Assembly (NCBI GenBank): GCA_964498785.1
Contig: CAZCJL010000021.1
Coordinates: 2,818 to 66,817 of the forward strand
Direction: 5' to 3'
Source: an uncultured Cytophagia bacterium
GTDB taxonomy: Bacteria; Zhuqueibacterota; Zhuqueibacteria; Thermofontimicrobiales; Thiofontviventaceae
Length of the DNA stretch: 64,000 nucleotides
Shown here: piece after piece, positions 11,832-19,950 of the stretch
Position numbering within the stretch: position 1 is the stretch's first letter
Layout of the letters: each line of letters starts with the position of its first letter
The notes under the pieces: model-generated
Databases searched by the model: none
What the model was told of the DNA's origin: nothing
The model's input: only the letters and a program-made list of their open reading frames with translations
Made by a program: the position numbers and the translations under genes

Positions 11832-12197
11832 CCGTAGAGCTATTTCCATCCATTTCAAACAACTACATGTCTTGAAAAACTTCTTGCAAAATCTGGCCTC
11901 CTTCATGGAAAGAGTTTTCTTTGTTATTTACAGTCTTTTAAGTTTTCAGAATTAACTTTCTTCCTGGTCATTCCGATATAATCTTAAATTGCTCAATCTG
12001 ATTTATAATACGCTGCTACTATGGAATGAATTCTATAACAGTGGACATTTTTCCGCAGTTGTTATGAGATTATGGGACATAACTCCAATAAAAAGTATTT
12101 AAACCTGCAAAAAAAATCAGGAATAAATATTGCATAAAAATGATAACTAATGATAATCTTTAACACTTAAAAAACGCATGAAAGGAGGTGAAAATAT

Positions 12198-12413
12198 ATG
12201 GCAGTAGAAAAAACCATCGCTTCTTCAAGCCTGGTAGAAGTTATCGACAGAGTGCTGGATAAGGGTATTGTAATCGACGCCTGGGCTCGTGTATCTTTAG
12301 TAGGTATTGAATTATTGGCTGTAGAAGCCCGCGTTGTTTTAGCTTCTGTAGAAACATATCTAAAATATGCTGAAGCAATCGGCTTAACAGCTACAGCGGC
12401 ACAACCCGCATAA
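12198..12413 (+). CDS. gvpA: Gas vesicle structural protein GvpA
   Basis: 71 aa: [64 protein letters not shown]. This is near-identical to the canonical cyanobacterial GvpA core. A strong SD (AAAGGAGGTG) lies 7 nt upstream. Confidence 0.97.
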   Translation: MAVEKTIASSSLVEVIDRVLDKGIVIDAWARVSLVGIELLAVEARVVLASVETYLKYAEAIGLTATAAQPA

Positions 12414-12594
12414 GTTCATTCATTTTGTGAATCGGGAATTTTTTGTCGAAGCACCCTGAAAATGTGATTCCCTCCGATTAAAAGGGCTTTTATTAAAGCG
12501 TGTTTCGCCATAGATTTCCTGATTTTTTTTGAATTGATTTTCGGAAAACACAATTTCACTGTCGTTCTTCGAATGCGAAAGGGAAATAAGGTTT

Positions 12595-13230
12595 ATGGAT
12601 TTGATTTACAACGTGCAGAAGCTCACAAAGGAAATGATTACAGGTTATGATTTGCGGGTGGCAAAAATTGAAGAAGTATTAACTTCAGCTTATGATGTAT
12701 TAGAAGATTGTCGGGAAAGTAGAAAGAACGTTCGCGAACAGCTCAAACACAGTCTTGCCAATAAAAACTCGTTGCGCCGAAAAGATTTTGATATGATCGT
12801 ACAAGATTTACATCAATCGCAAGTTGAATGTGAAGCTCGAATCAAAGAAACGGTGCACATATTTACCAGGGAAAATAAATATCTTGCTGGGCAATTTTTC
12901 GAATCATTAATAACCGGCAAAATTGAACAGTCTAAAAAGGCTGTTAACAAAATTGAAAAAAACGGGAAAGAGATTCAGCACACAATTAAAACGTTTCAAC
13001 AAGAACAAAAACAAATTGCAACGGATTTGCATTCGTTTCTGGAAAAATGTGAATCGATCCGTATTAAAGATTTTAAAAAAATGATTGAAAAAATTCGTAT
13101 CCGTCAATGTGAACGCAGTGAAAAGATTAAACAGTTCTTAAAAAAAATATCTGAAGAACATAAGCAAATGCGTGCTGTTTGGCAAAATATATCGACTGAT
13201 AAAGCAAAATCACGTAACACGGATGCGTGA
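12595..13230 (+). CDS. Coiled-coil repeat protein in the gvpC position (candidate GvpC-like gas-vesicle shell or scaffold protein)
   Basis: 211 aa, Lys/Glu/Gln-rich with predicted coiled coil. It has an internal repeat about 95 aa apart (SLRRKDFDMIVQDLHQSQVECEARIKE vs SIRIKDFKKMIEKIRIRQCERSEKIKQ). It lies immediately downstream of gvpA, where gvpC sits in cyanobacterial and Serratia clusters. Confidence 0.45.
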   Translation: MDLIYNVQKLTKEMITGYDLRVAKIEEVLTSAYDVLEDCRESRKNVREQLKHSLANKNSLRRKDFDMIVQDLHQSQVECEARIKETVHIFTRENKYLAGQFFESLITGKIEQSKKAVNKIEKNGKEIQHTIKTFQQEQKQIATDLHSFLEKCESIRIKDFKKMIEKIRIRQCERSEKIKQFLKKISEEHKQMRAVWQNISTDKAKSRNTDA

Positions 13231-13262
13231 TTTTCACAAAATGAAGTTAACGGAGGTACATA

Positions 13263-14618
13263 ATGTCAAATTTAGATGATATGATGCGACTGAAAGAGGA
13301 GATCATCGCTTCGTTTGACGAGCGAATGAATACTCTTGCAAATATAGTTGAATCAACAACTGATCTCGCACAGTCAACACGAGAAATGACTGAACGACAT
13401 CGAAATGATCATCTTCTTATGAAAAATAATTTACAGTCACAATTAAGTGAATTTAGAACAAAATTGAGCGACGATAATTTAAAGCGCCTTGTTGCGACAA
13501 AGCATGAATTTAATGAAAGAATGAGTCAATTAACTGACTTGCTTGCTGCGTTTAAACCGGACGGAAAGTCGGAGTTGACACATTCAGTCAGAGAAACATT
13601 AGAAAAATTTCGTTCGGTGCGACTCGATGAATTCAATGTATTTTTGGAAAAATTACAGCAGCGTATTTATGAAATTAAAGACGAAGTTCATTCGACGATA
13701 GATGGGTTTAAGGAATCTCGGCATGAAATATCTGCCGCATTAGAGCGAAATTTGTCTGAATTTAATAAACAGCTTAAAAATTATCGGTCAACGCTTTCGA
13801 ACAACGAAAATAACAGATATAAGCAGGCGCAGGCAGAAATTCAAGAACGTACCATTTATCTGAATACTCTTTTTGGCGACGTCTCACGTTTGTTAAGCGA
13901 TTTTCGCACGGATCACCAGAAAATGTCGTCGATGTTAAAGGAGATGTTAACATTTAAGGGTTTCAATAACCAGCGGTTGAGCAATTTTCAAAATATGATG
14001 GATAATATTCTGGATCATCAGAAAAAGCGTGTTCACGATACAACCCAAATGATCTCAGGTTTTAATGAGTGGCATGATGATATAAAAAATGAATTGCATG
14101 ATCTGCTTTCTACTGTAAAATTGAATTTAGCGCAATTTAACGATGAACGCGTCAATTTAGCTCATGAAGAAATGAGTGAGCGCGTGGAATATATTTATCA
14201 AATGAAAAAAGACATCTCCACCATGCTGGGAAATTTGCGTAGTGAAAGCCAAAAAGTAGCGGACGAATGGAAGAATATCGCCAGAATAATAGACCAAAAA
14301 AGAAAAAAATCAGAAAAGGAACACATAAAGATTATTTCAGAAGAAGAACCTGAAATAAAAGCGCCAAAACCAGCGCCAGAAATGGAGAAGCAGGAAATTG
14401 TATCGAAAATGTATGCTTCGAAAACAGCGTCTGAAAATGATAACGACCCGAGTGACAAAATACTGGCTATTATCGCGCAACATGCTGATGAGGGAATTAA
14501 ATTGGCTGAAATTGGCAAGATTGTGAATAAAAAATGGCAGTCACTAATTCCTTTTACAAAAACACTTATGGAGCAGGGAAAGATAAAAAAAGAGGATACT
14601 GTGTATTTCCCGAATTAA
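13263..14618 (+). CDS. Large coiled-coil repeat protein (second GvpC-like candidate) with a C-terminal winged-helix-like segment
   Basis: 451 aa. A recurrent x[DEGN]F[RNKQ] motif appears at residues 64, 83, 116, 124, 149, 167, 213, 234, 242, 267 and 292. There is a clear internal duplication of about 118 aa (residues ~116-167 vs ~234-292). A Pro/Lys/Glu linker (EEEPEIKAPKPAPEMEKQE) precedes a C-terminal globular segment (ILAIIAQHADEGIKLAEIGKIVNKKW…). Confidence 0.45.
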   Translation: MSNLDDMMRLKEEIIASFDERMNTLANIVESTTDLAQSTREMTERHRNDHLLMKNNLQSQLSEFRTKLSDDNLKRLVATKHEFNERMSQLTDLLAAFKPDGKSELTHSVRETLEKFRSVRLDEFNVFLEKLQQRIYEIKDEVHSTIDGFKESRHEISAALERNLSEFNKQLKNYRSTLSNNENNRYKQAQAEIQERTIYLNTLFGDVSRLLSDFRTDHQKMSSMLKEMLTFKGFNNQRLSNFQNMMDNILDHQKKRVHDTTQMISGFNEWHDDIKNELHDLLSTVKLNLAQFNDERVNLAHEEMSERVEYIYQMKKDISTMLGNLRSESQKVADEWKNIARIIDQKRKKSEKEHIKIISEEEPEIKAPKPAPEMEKQEIVSKMYASKTASENDNDPSDKILAIIAQHADEGIKLAEIGKIVNKKWQSLIPFTKTLMEQGKIKKEDTVYFPN

Positions 14619-14665
14619 ACTGAGCTGAACCTGAAACCTAATATTACGCCTGGGAGAAATAGTCT

Positions 14666-15580
14666 ATGAACAATAATTCCACCGTCGTTCTTGAGCCGCT
14701 ATTAGATGATGAATATGTAATTACTCCGTATTTGAAAGATATCCTCGAATCAGCAAGCAATTACATGGATGCTGGTTATCCGATTCATTTCTGTGGACCG
14801 GCAGGAACTGGCAAAACATCTCTTGCTATGTATCTGGCAGCAAAATATAACCGACCGATCGTAATGATGCACGGGGATAATGAATTTGTTACCTCAGATT
14901 TAATTGGCGCTGAGCACGGAATTCGATCTCGAAAAGTGGTGGACAATTTTATTCATCATGTTTATAAAACCGAGGAACGCATCGACCGACAGTGGATGGA
15001 TAAACGACTTTCTCTGGCATGTAAAAAAGGTTTCACGTTAATTTATGATGAGTTTACCCGGTCAAAACCAGAGGCCAATAATGTATTGCTTTCAATCCTG
15101 GAAGAAAGAATGCTTGACCTTCCCGCACAAGTGAAGGGGGATGTTTATATAAAAGTACATCCTGAATTCAGGGCAATTTTCACAAGCAATCCGCAGGAAT
15201 ATGTTGGCATACATCGGGCGCAAGATGCATTGTTAGATCGGATGATTACAATTGATTTACAGCATCTTGATTTGGATACGGAAATTCGGATTACACAAAA
15301 AAGAGCTGACCTCACTTATAAGCACGCCAAAAAAATAGTGAATATTGTCCGCAATTTTCATATAAAAAATGGTAATGAAAAAATTTCCACATTGAGAGAT
15401 GCCATAAAAATCGGTAAAATTTCCAAATTGATGAATATCACACCATCTAAATCACAAAATAGATTTCGGAAAATATGTGTTGATATTTTAACATCAGATC
15501 CTCACATTCACAAATTTAATGGCGCTCCAAAATCTCAGTCCTTGAAATTTCTGGATGAACTTATCGAAGTATATTGTTAA
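14666..15580 (+). CDS. gvpN: Gas vesicle protein GvpN (MoxR/CbbQ-type AAA+ ATPase)
   Basis: 304 aa with Walker A (HFCGPAGTGKTSLA), Walker B (LIYDEF) and CbbQ/NirQ/GvpN-type architecture, lying between the gvpA and gvpO/F genes. Confidence 0.9.
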   Translation: MNNNSTVVLEPLLDDEYVITPYLKDILESASNYMDAGYPIHFCGPAGTGKTSLAMYLAAKYNRPIVMMHGDNEFVTSDLIGAEHGIRSRKVVDNFIHHVYKTEERIDRQWMDKRLSLACKKGFTLIYDEFTRSKPEANNVLLSILEERMLDLPAQVKGDVYIKVHPEFRAIFTSNPQEYVGIHRAQDALLDRMITIDLQHLDLDTEIRITQKRADLTYKHAKKIVNIVRNFHIKNGNEKISTLRDAIKIGKISKLMNITPSKSQNRFRKICVDILTSDPHIHKFNGAPKSQSLKFLDELIEVYC

Positions 15581-15601
15581 TATAACAGAAAGGGGTGAAT
15601 T

Positions 15602-15856
15602 ATGGCGCTTCAAAAGGTTATCGCTGCAATTAGCAACTTTTTTGAATCTGTATTAAATAAAAAGGGTCGGGTGATTGAGGTGAAAACTCAGGAGCGCGGC
15701 TGGTCTGCCTTGGTGGAAACAGTGGAAGAAGCCGAGTACATGCGCAAAATTGCCCAGGATGATCTGCTTGCTGTATATGAGGTTCACGTTGATCAAAATT
15801 ATGAAGTGGTTGACTACAGTCGAAAAAGTTTGCGTTCGAGAAAAGAAGCTGCATAA
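15602..15856 (+). CDS. gvpO: Gas vesicle protein GvpO
   Basis: 84 aa. The motif …GRVIEVKTQERGWSALVETVEEAEYMRKIAQDDLLAVYEVHVDQNYEVVDYSRK… matches the GvpO pattern (GW-V-VE-VE…LLA-YEV…G-VV-Y-R). An SD (AAAGGGGTGA) is present. Confidence 0.8.
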   Translation: MALQKVIAAISNFFESVLNKKGRVIEVKTQERGWSALVETVEEAEYMRKIAQDDLLAVYEVHVDQNYEVVDYSRKSLRSRKEAA

Positions 15857-15865
15857 GGTTTAAAA

Positions 15866-16192
15866 TTGAAAGGCGGTATTGGTATGTCACAAATTAAAGG
15901 ATTAAGTAATATTCGCTCCAGCCAGAGAATCCATCTAAGTTCTATTTCTAAAAAAGGACGTTCGAAATTCTTGACGCTGTTTATGTTGGATAATGAACGG
16001 CAATTATTGCAGAAAGATAGTGATATTTTGAAACAACGGCAATCAAGAAATCAGGAGCGGATTAAAGCAATTAACGCTGAGATTAATGAAAAACTGCAGC
16101 ACGATAGTGCAATGATTAATAAAAATGAAAAGGGACATTCTTTGATAAGAAAAATTCCGGAAAAGTGGAAGACTGCAAAAATCGATGTTTAA
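15866..16192 (+). CDS. Small basic coiled-coil protein of unknown function inside the gvp cluster
   Basis: 108 aa (or 102 aa from the second Met, MSQIKGL, at about 15884). It is rich in K/R/Q and sits between gvpO and the first gvpF/L. I recognised no known family. Confidence 0.4.
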   Translation: MKGGIGMSQIKGLSNIRSSQRIHLSSISKKGRSKFLTLFMLDNERQLLQKDSDILKQRQSRNQERIKAINAEINEKLQHDSAMINKNEKGHSLIRKIPEKWKTAKIDV

Positions 16193-16224
16193 AAATAGTG
16201 AAAGCGAAAAGTAATGGTGGAAAA

Positions 16225-17238
16225 ATGGCGGCAAAATATTTATACGGATTTATTGAGACTGATCGTGAGGAGAATTTCGGGAATATAGGCGTCGGTAATC
16301 AGAACAGGGTAACGACAATTCGTTATCGTGATGTTGCAGCAGTTGTTAGTGATCATCCTGTGATACAGTTTGATCAATTAGATGAAAGTCAGTTAACGAA
16401 CTATATTCAAAAACATCAGGTGGTTAATGAAAAGGTGCTGGAAAAACATACCATCATTCCGTTGAGGTTCGGAAACATTGCCCAAAATGCAGCAGATGTT
16501 CTGAAAATATTAAAACATGCTTATATTCAATTTAAAACACAACTGGATCAGTTGCAGGGAAAAATCGAACTTGTCATTCAGGCTACCGCGAACAAACAGG
16601 TCTGGTTGAAGGAGATCGTCGAGACAAATACGACGATAAAAGATTTGACAAAGAAATTGGATAAATCCGATGCGCAGGAGAAAATTCCCATCCAGGTCGA
16701 AATCGGAAAAATAATTCACAATACAATCGTACATAAAGAAAAAGAGATAGTCGTTGATATATTGGCAACACTTCGAAATGGCGGAAGTCCATATAGATCG
16801 GATAAATTACTGACCCAGGATATGATAATGAATATGTCCTTTTTAATTGATAGAACTGCTGAGTCTGCGTTTGATCAAAAATTAAATGAATTAGGGCAAC
16901 GATATGCAAATGATCTCACTTTCAAGTATATTGGCCCGCTACCGCCGTACAGTTTTACACAATTGAATTTAAAAACCACTGATTTGAATTTCATTAATAA
17001 TGCGCGAAAAATGCTGAATTTGCCAGGGAAAGCCTCAAAAAAGGAGATCAAAAAAGCGTATCGAACAATGGCGTCAAAATATCATCCGGATAGGACTGGA
17101 AATGATTCTCAAAAATTTAATGAAATTCACAACGCGTATCGCACTCTGGAAGTGTTTTGCAATAATTACCGCTATTCATTTGATGAAAAAACAATAAGTG
17201 AAACAGTGCTTATTGATGAACATTATAAAGAAGAATAG
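16225..17238 (+). CDS. GvpF/GvpL-family gas vesicle protein fused to a C-terminal DnaJ J-domain
   Basis: The real start is MAAKYLYGFIE at 16225, with a GGTGGA SD 5 nt upstream; the 16165 ORF start is an upstream extension. GvpF/L hallmarks are present: YLYGFI…VTTIRYRDVAAVVS…IPLRFG…KYIGPLPPYSF. The last ~70 aa (LPGKASKKEIKKAYRTMASKYHPDRTGNDSQKFNEIHNAYRTLEVF) form a J-domain with an intact HPD motif. Confidence 0.8.
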   Translation: MAAKYLYGFIETDREENFGNIGVGNQNRVTTIRYRDVAAVVSDHPVIQFDQLDESQLTNYIQKHQVVNEKVLEKHTIIPLRFGNIAQNAADVLKILKHAYIQFKTQLDQLQGKIELVIQATANKQVWLKEIVETNTTIKDLTKKLDKSDAQEKIPIQVEIGKIIHNTIVHKEKEIVVDILATLRNGGSPYRSDKLLTQDMIMNMSFLIDRTAESAFDQKLNELGQRYANDLTFKYIGPLPPYSFTQLNLKTTDLNFINNARKMLNLPGKASKKEIKKAYRTMASKYHPDRTGNDSQKFNEIHNAYRTLEVFCNNYRYSFDEKTISETVLIDEHYKEE

Positions 17239-17242
17239 TAAT

Positions 17243-18004
17243 ATGGGAAAATATATTTACTGCATTGTCGAAAACAGAGACCATCCGCAATTTACATCGA
17301 AAAATATTGGCAAAGAGTATTCTCCTGTTTATACCCTTAAATATAAAGATATTGGGGCAGTTATTAGTGAATCTCCGATTACAAAATATTCGTTTATTAG
17401 TGATAATTATATTGCACATCAAAAAGTAATTGAAGAATCTCAATCATACAATTTAAATCCATTACCAGTTCGGTTTTGCACAATTGCAAATAATGAGGAG
17501 AGCATTTGTGCAATATTAGATAAACGATATGAAGATTTTCAAGCGAATTTAAAACAGATGCAGGGAAAATACGAACTTGGTTTGAAAGTATTTTGGAAAG
17601 ATAATATTGCCTATGATGAAATTTTGCTGAACAATCCATCTATTCAAGCAGAGCGAGATCGATTGAAATCAATGGATCCTGAAAAAACCTATTTTCTACG
17701 TATCCGCGTTGGAGAGCTGGTTGAAAAAGCGATTACTGAAAAACGCGAACGTGAAATGCAAGAATTCATCAATCGTTTTCAGAATATTTGTTATGATTTA
17801 TCCATGGGACGTATCATTGGCGATAAGATGATATTTAACGCAGCATTTTTAGTCGATCGTGGCCAGGAAAAATTATTGGACGAAGAAGTGAATCGAATTG
17901 CTTTTGATAATGAATCTCGTTTGAAAATTAAATATGTTGGACCGGTTCCTCCATATAATTTTGTAGAAATTACGATAAATACGAATGAACTCGGTTTAAA
18001 TTAG
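17243..18004 (+). CDS. gvpF: GvpF/GvpL-family gas vesicle protein (paralog 2)
   Basis: Starts MGKYIYCIVE at 17243, after the upstream stop at 17236-17238. Motifs YIYCIV…YKDIGAVISE…PVRFCT…KYVGPVPPYNF are present. Confidence 0.8.
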   Translation: MGKYIYCIVENRDHPQFTSKNIGKEYSPVYTLKYKDIGAVISESPITKYSFISDNYIAHQKVIEESQSYNLNPLPVRFCTIANNEESICAILDKRYEDFQANLKQMQGKYELGLKVFWKDNIAYDEILLNNPSIQAERDRLKSMDPEKTYFLRIRVGELVEKAITEKREREMQEFINRFQNICYDLSMGRIIGDKMIFNAAFLVDRGQEKLLDEEVNRIAFDNESRLKIKYVGPVPPYNFVEITINTNELGLN

Positions 18005-18018
18005 GGATAAAATAAATA

Positions 18019-18249
18019 ATGGCGTTCATCATCGATGACATTTTATCACTGCCGGTTAAAGGAATCATCGGAATTTTCAAAGAAATTCATAACTACGCAG
18101 ATAAAGAGTTAAACGATATAGATTTCTGGCAACAAAAATTGCTCGAATTACAACTTCGTTATGAAATGGGGGAAATAGAGGAGCTGGAATTTAAACAACA
18201 GGAGAAAGATATTGTACAACGAATTTCCGAAATTCAAGAACGAGGATAA
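18019..18249 (+). CDS. gvpG: Gas vesicle protein GvpG
   Basis: 76 aa. MAFIIDDILSLPVKGIIGIFKEIHNYADKEL… matches the GvpG N-terminal MFLIDDLL…P pattern, and its position after gvpF is canonical. Confidence 0.8.
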   Translation: MAFIIDDILSLPVKGIIGIFKEIHNYADKELNDIDFWQQKLLELQLRYEMGEIEELEFKQQEKDIVQRISEIQERG

Positions 18250-19048
18250 TTTATATCTTTACTGTGTGCGGGAGAGGCGTGCCAATGAATTAAACGTGAC
18301 CGGTATATTTAATCAGGAAAAGGTTTTTTCGATCGTTTGTAAAAATTTAGAAGCAATTGTCAGTATTGTCCCGCAAAATCAATTTGATGATACTGATATA
18401 AAGAAGAAGGCACGGGAAGATATCAACTGGATAAAGGAAAAGGCGCAACTCCACGAGGCAATTGTGGAAAAAGCGATGTATCATTCATCAGAAATATATC
18501 CGGTTATTCCCATGCGGTTTGGAACGATTTTCAAATCAAAAGAAAAAATTAATCACCTGCTAACAAAGCACTACCATCAGTACAGCAATACAATTGCCCG
18601 TCTGACAAAAAAACAGGAATGGAGTGTAAAAGTATATCTGACGCATCAGGATCGGATCACCGATCATGTTGTTAGCACCAACGAATTTATCAAAAAAGAA
18701 CAAGCAGATGTCGCGGTTTTACCAAAAGGAATGGCCTATTTCATGCAAAAAAAACTTAACGAAATGGTAAAAAACGCTGTTGACGACAAAATGAATCAAT
18801 ATGTTCACGATATCATTGAGAGATTGGAAAAACATTCAACAGGACGTCACGAAGGAAAATTACTGGGACCGGAATTTACCGGGAAGAAAGCAACAATGGT
18901 TCTGAATGCAATTCTCCTGATTCATGAGGAAAGTGTTTTGGATTTAATTGAGGCAATACAGAAACTTCAGGATGAAATGAATGTTTTCGGGTTCCGGTTT
19001 GAATATAGCGGTCCGTGGCCTCCGTATCATTTTGTGGAGTCGCAGTAA
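18212..19048 (+). CDS. gvpL: GvpF/GvpL-family gas vesicle protein (paralog 3, GvpL-like)
   Basis: 278 aa with motifs LYLYCV…PMRFGTIF…FEYSGPWPPYHF. Its annotated start overlaps gvpG by 38 nt, so the start is uncertain. Confidence 0.7.
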   Translation: MYNEFPKFKNEDNLYLYCVRERRANELNVTGIFNQEKVFSIVCKNLEAIVSIVPQNQFDDTDIKKKAREDINWIKEKAQLHEAIVEKAMYHSSEIYPVIPMRFGTIFKSKEKINHLLTKHYHQYSNTIARLTKKQEWSVKVYLTHQDRITDHVVSTNEFIKKEQADVAVLPKGMAYFMQKKLNEMVKNAVDDKMNQYVHDIIERLEKHSTGRHEGKLLGPEFTGKKATMVLNAILLIHEESVLDLIEAIQKLQDEMNVFGFRFEYSGPWPPYHFVESQ

Positions 19049-19049
19049 A

Positions 19050-19589
19050 ATGAATAATACTTTTGCAGAAAAAGAGGTGACGCTGCTGGATGCGCTGGAC
19101 AGGGTTATCGAAAATGGTGCGGTCATAAGTGGTGATCTTACATTAAAAATGGCTGATATTGATTTGATCTATATTGGATTGCGGCTTATTGCAACATCCG
19201 TCTCAAAAGTTGAAAGCATGAATGGTTCGTCCCATCAATGCCCGGATCGGGAACCCACGGAACATGAATCAAATTACATACAAAAACTTGACTCTGAAAT
19301 TATAAAAGCAGAGCAGAATATTTCACAGTTGATTGAATTGCAAAATCCTGAAAAAACAGAGCAGGGACTGGCGCAAATAGTTTTGACTCTTGTGGTTTTA
19401 TTAAAAAGACTTATGGAACGGGAAGCCATGCGCAGAATTCAGCGCGGAGCATTATCCAATGTTGCAATTCAGAAACTGGGGTTGACGTTTATGGCGCTTG
19501 ATAAAAAGGTGGACGAACTCAAGTGTGTTTTTGGTCTCAAAGATGATGATTTAAATATTGATTTAGGCCCTTTGGGAAATTTGATGTAG
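19050..19589 (+). CDS. Fusion of a GvpJ/GvpM-like (GvpA-fold) domain and a GvpK domain
   Basis: The real start is probably MNNTFAEKEVTLLDALDRV at 19050, just after the gvpL stop. The N-domain LLDALDRVIENGAVISGDLTLKMADIDLIYIGLRLIATSV is GvpA/J/M-like. The C-domain GLAQIVLTLVVLLKRLMEREAMRRIQRGALSNVAIQKLG…DELKCVFGLKDDD matches the GvpK consensus (LVQLVLTVVELL…LEREAVRR…G.L…E.LG). Confidence 0.7.
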   Translation: MNNTFAEKEVTLLDALDRVIENGAVISGDLTLKMADIDLIYIGLRLIATSVSKVESMNGSSHQCPDREPTEHESNYIQKLDSEIIKAEQNISQLIELQNPEKTEQGLAQIVLTLVVLLKRLMEREAMRRIQRGALSNVAIQKLGLTFMALDKKVDELKCVFGLKDDDLNIDLGPLGNLM

Positions 19590-19629
19590 CAATTATTACT
19601 GCAATTTTGCAGTAAGTCAGGAGATAAAT

Positions 19630-19950
19630 ATGTCGGAACAGATAACCCACGGACTTCATTCCACAAATCTCGCGGATATTTTAGAGAGAGTATTGGATAA
19701 GGGGATTGTAATTGCCGGAGATATCCAAATTAAGCTTGCGGATATTGAGTTGCTAACGATAAAAATACGACTTATGGTGGCGTCTGTAGATAAAGCCGTT
19801 GAAATGGGAATTAATTGGTGGGAAAGTGATCCTTATTTAAATAATAATTCCAACGAATTAATCGAAGAAAATAATCAATTAAAAGAAAAATTAAATAAAA
19901 TTGAACGACAACAACAGCAGCGTAAACGAGGGTTAAAAGATGGAGAATAA
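19630..19950 (+). CDS. gvpJ: Gas vesicle protein GvpJ
   Basis: 106 aa. [57 protein letters not shown] shows a GvpA-fold plus the GvpJ-typical 'WW…DP.L' region and a basic C-tail. Confidence 0.85.
   Translation: MSEQITHGLHSTNLADILERVLDKGIVIAGDIQIKLADIELLTIKIRLMVASVDKAVEMGINWWESDPYLNNNSNELIEENNQLKEKLNKIERQQQQRKRGLKDGE

Noticed and set aside
12414-12594. Intrinsic terminator or attenuator immediately downstream of gvpA
   Set aside because: Only imperfect or bulged stems are present (AATCGGGA … TCCCtccGATT with a 35-nt loop; AAAAGGGCTTTTATT lacks a complementary arm). They are not convincing without folding software.
16165-16224. N-terminal extensions of annotated ORFs (16165, 17198, 18981, 22620, 27344-28153 upstream part, 33732 first 13 codons, 60905-60961, 62626-62661)
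   Set aside because: The extensions overlap the preceding gene, lack an RBS, or start with TTG. An internal Met preceded by an SD and aligned to the conserved family N-terminus is more plausible, so the coordinates were trimmed accordingly.
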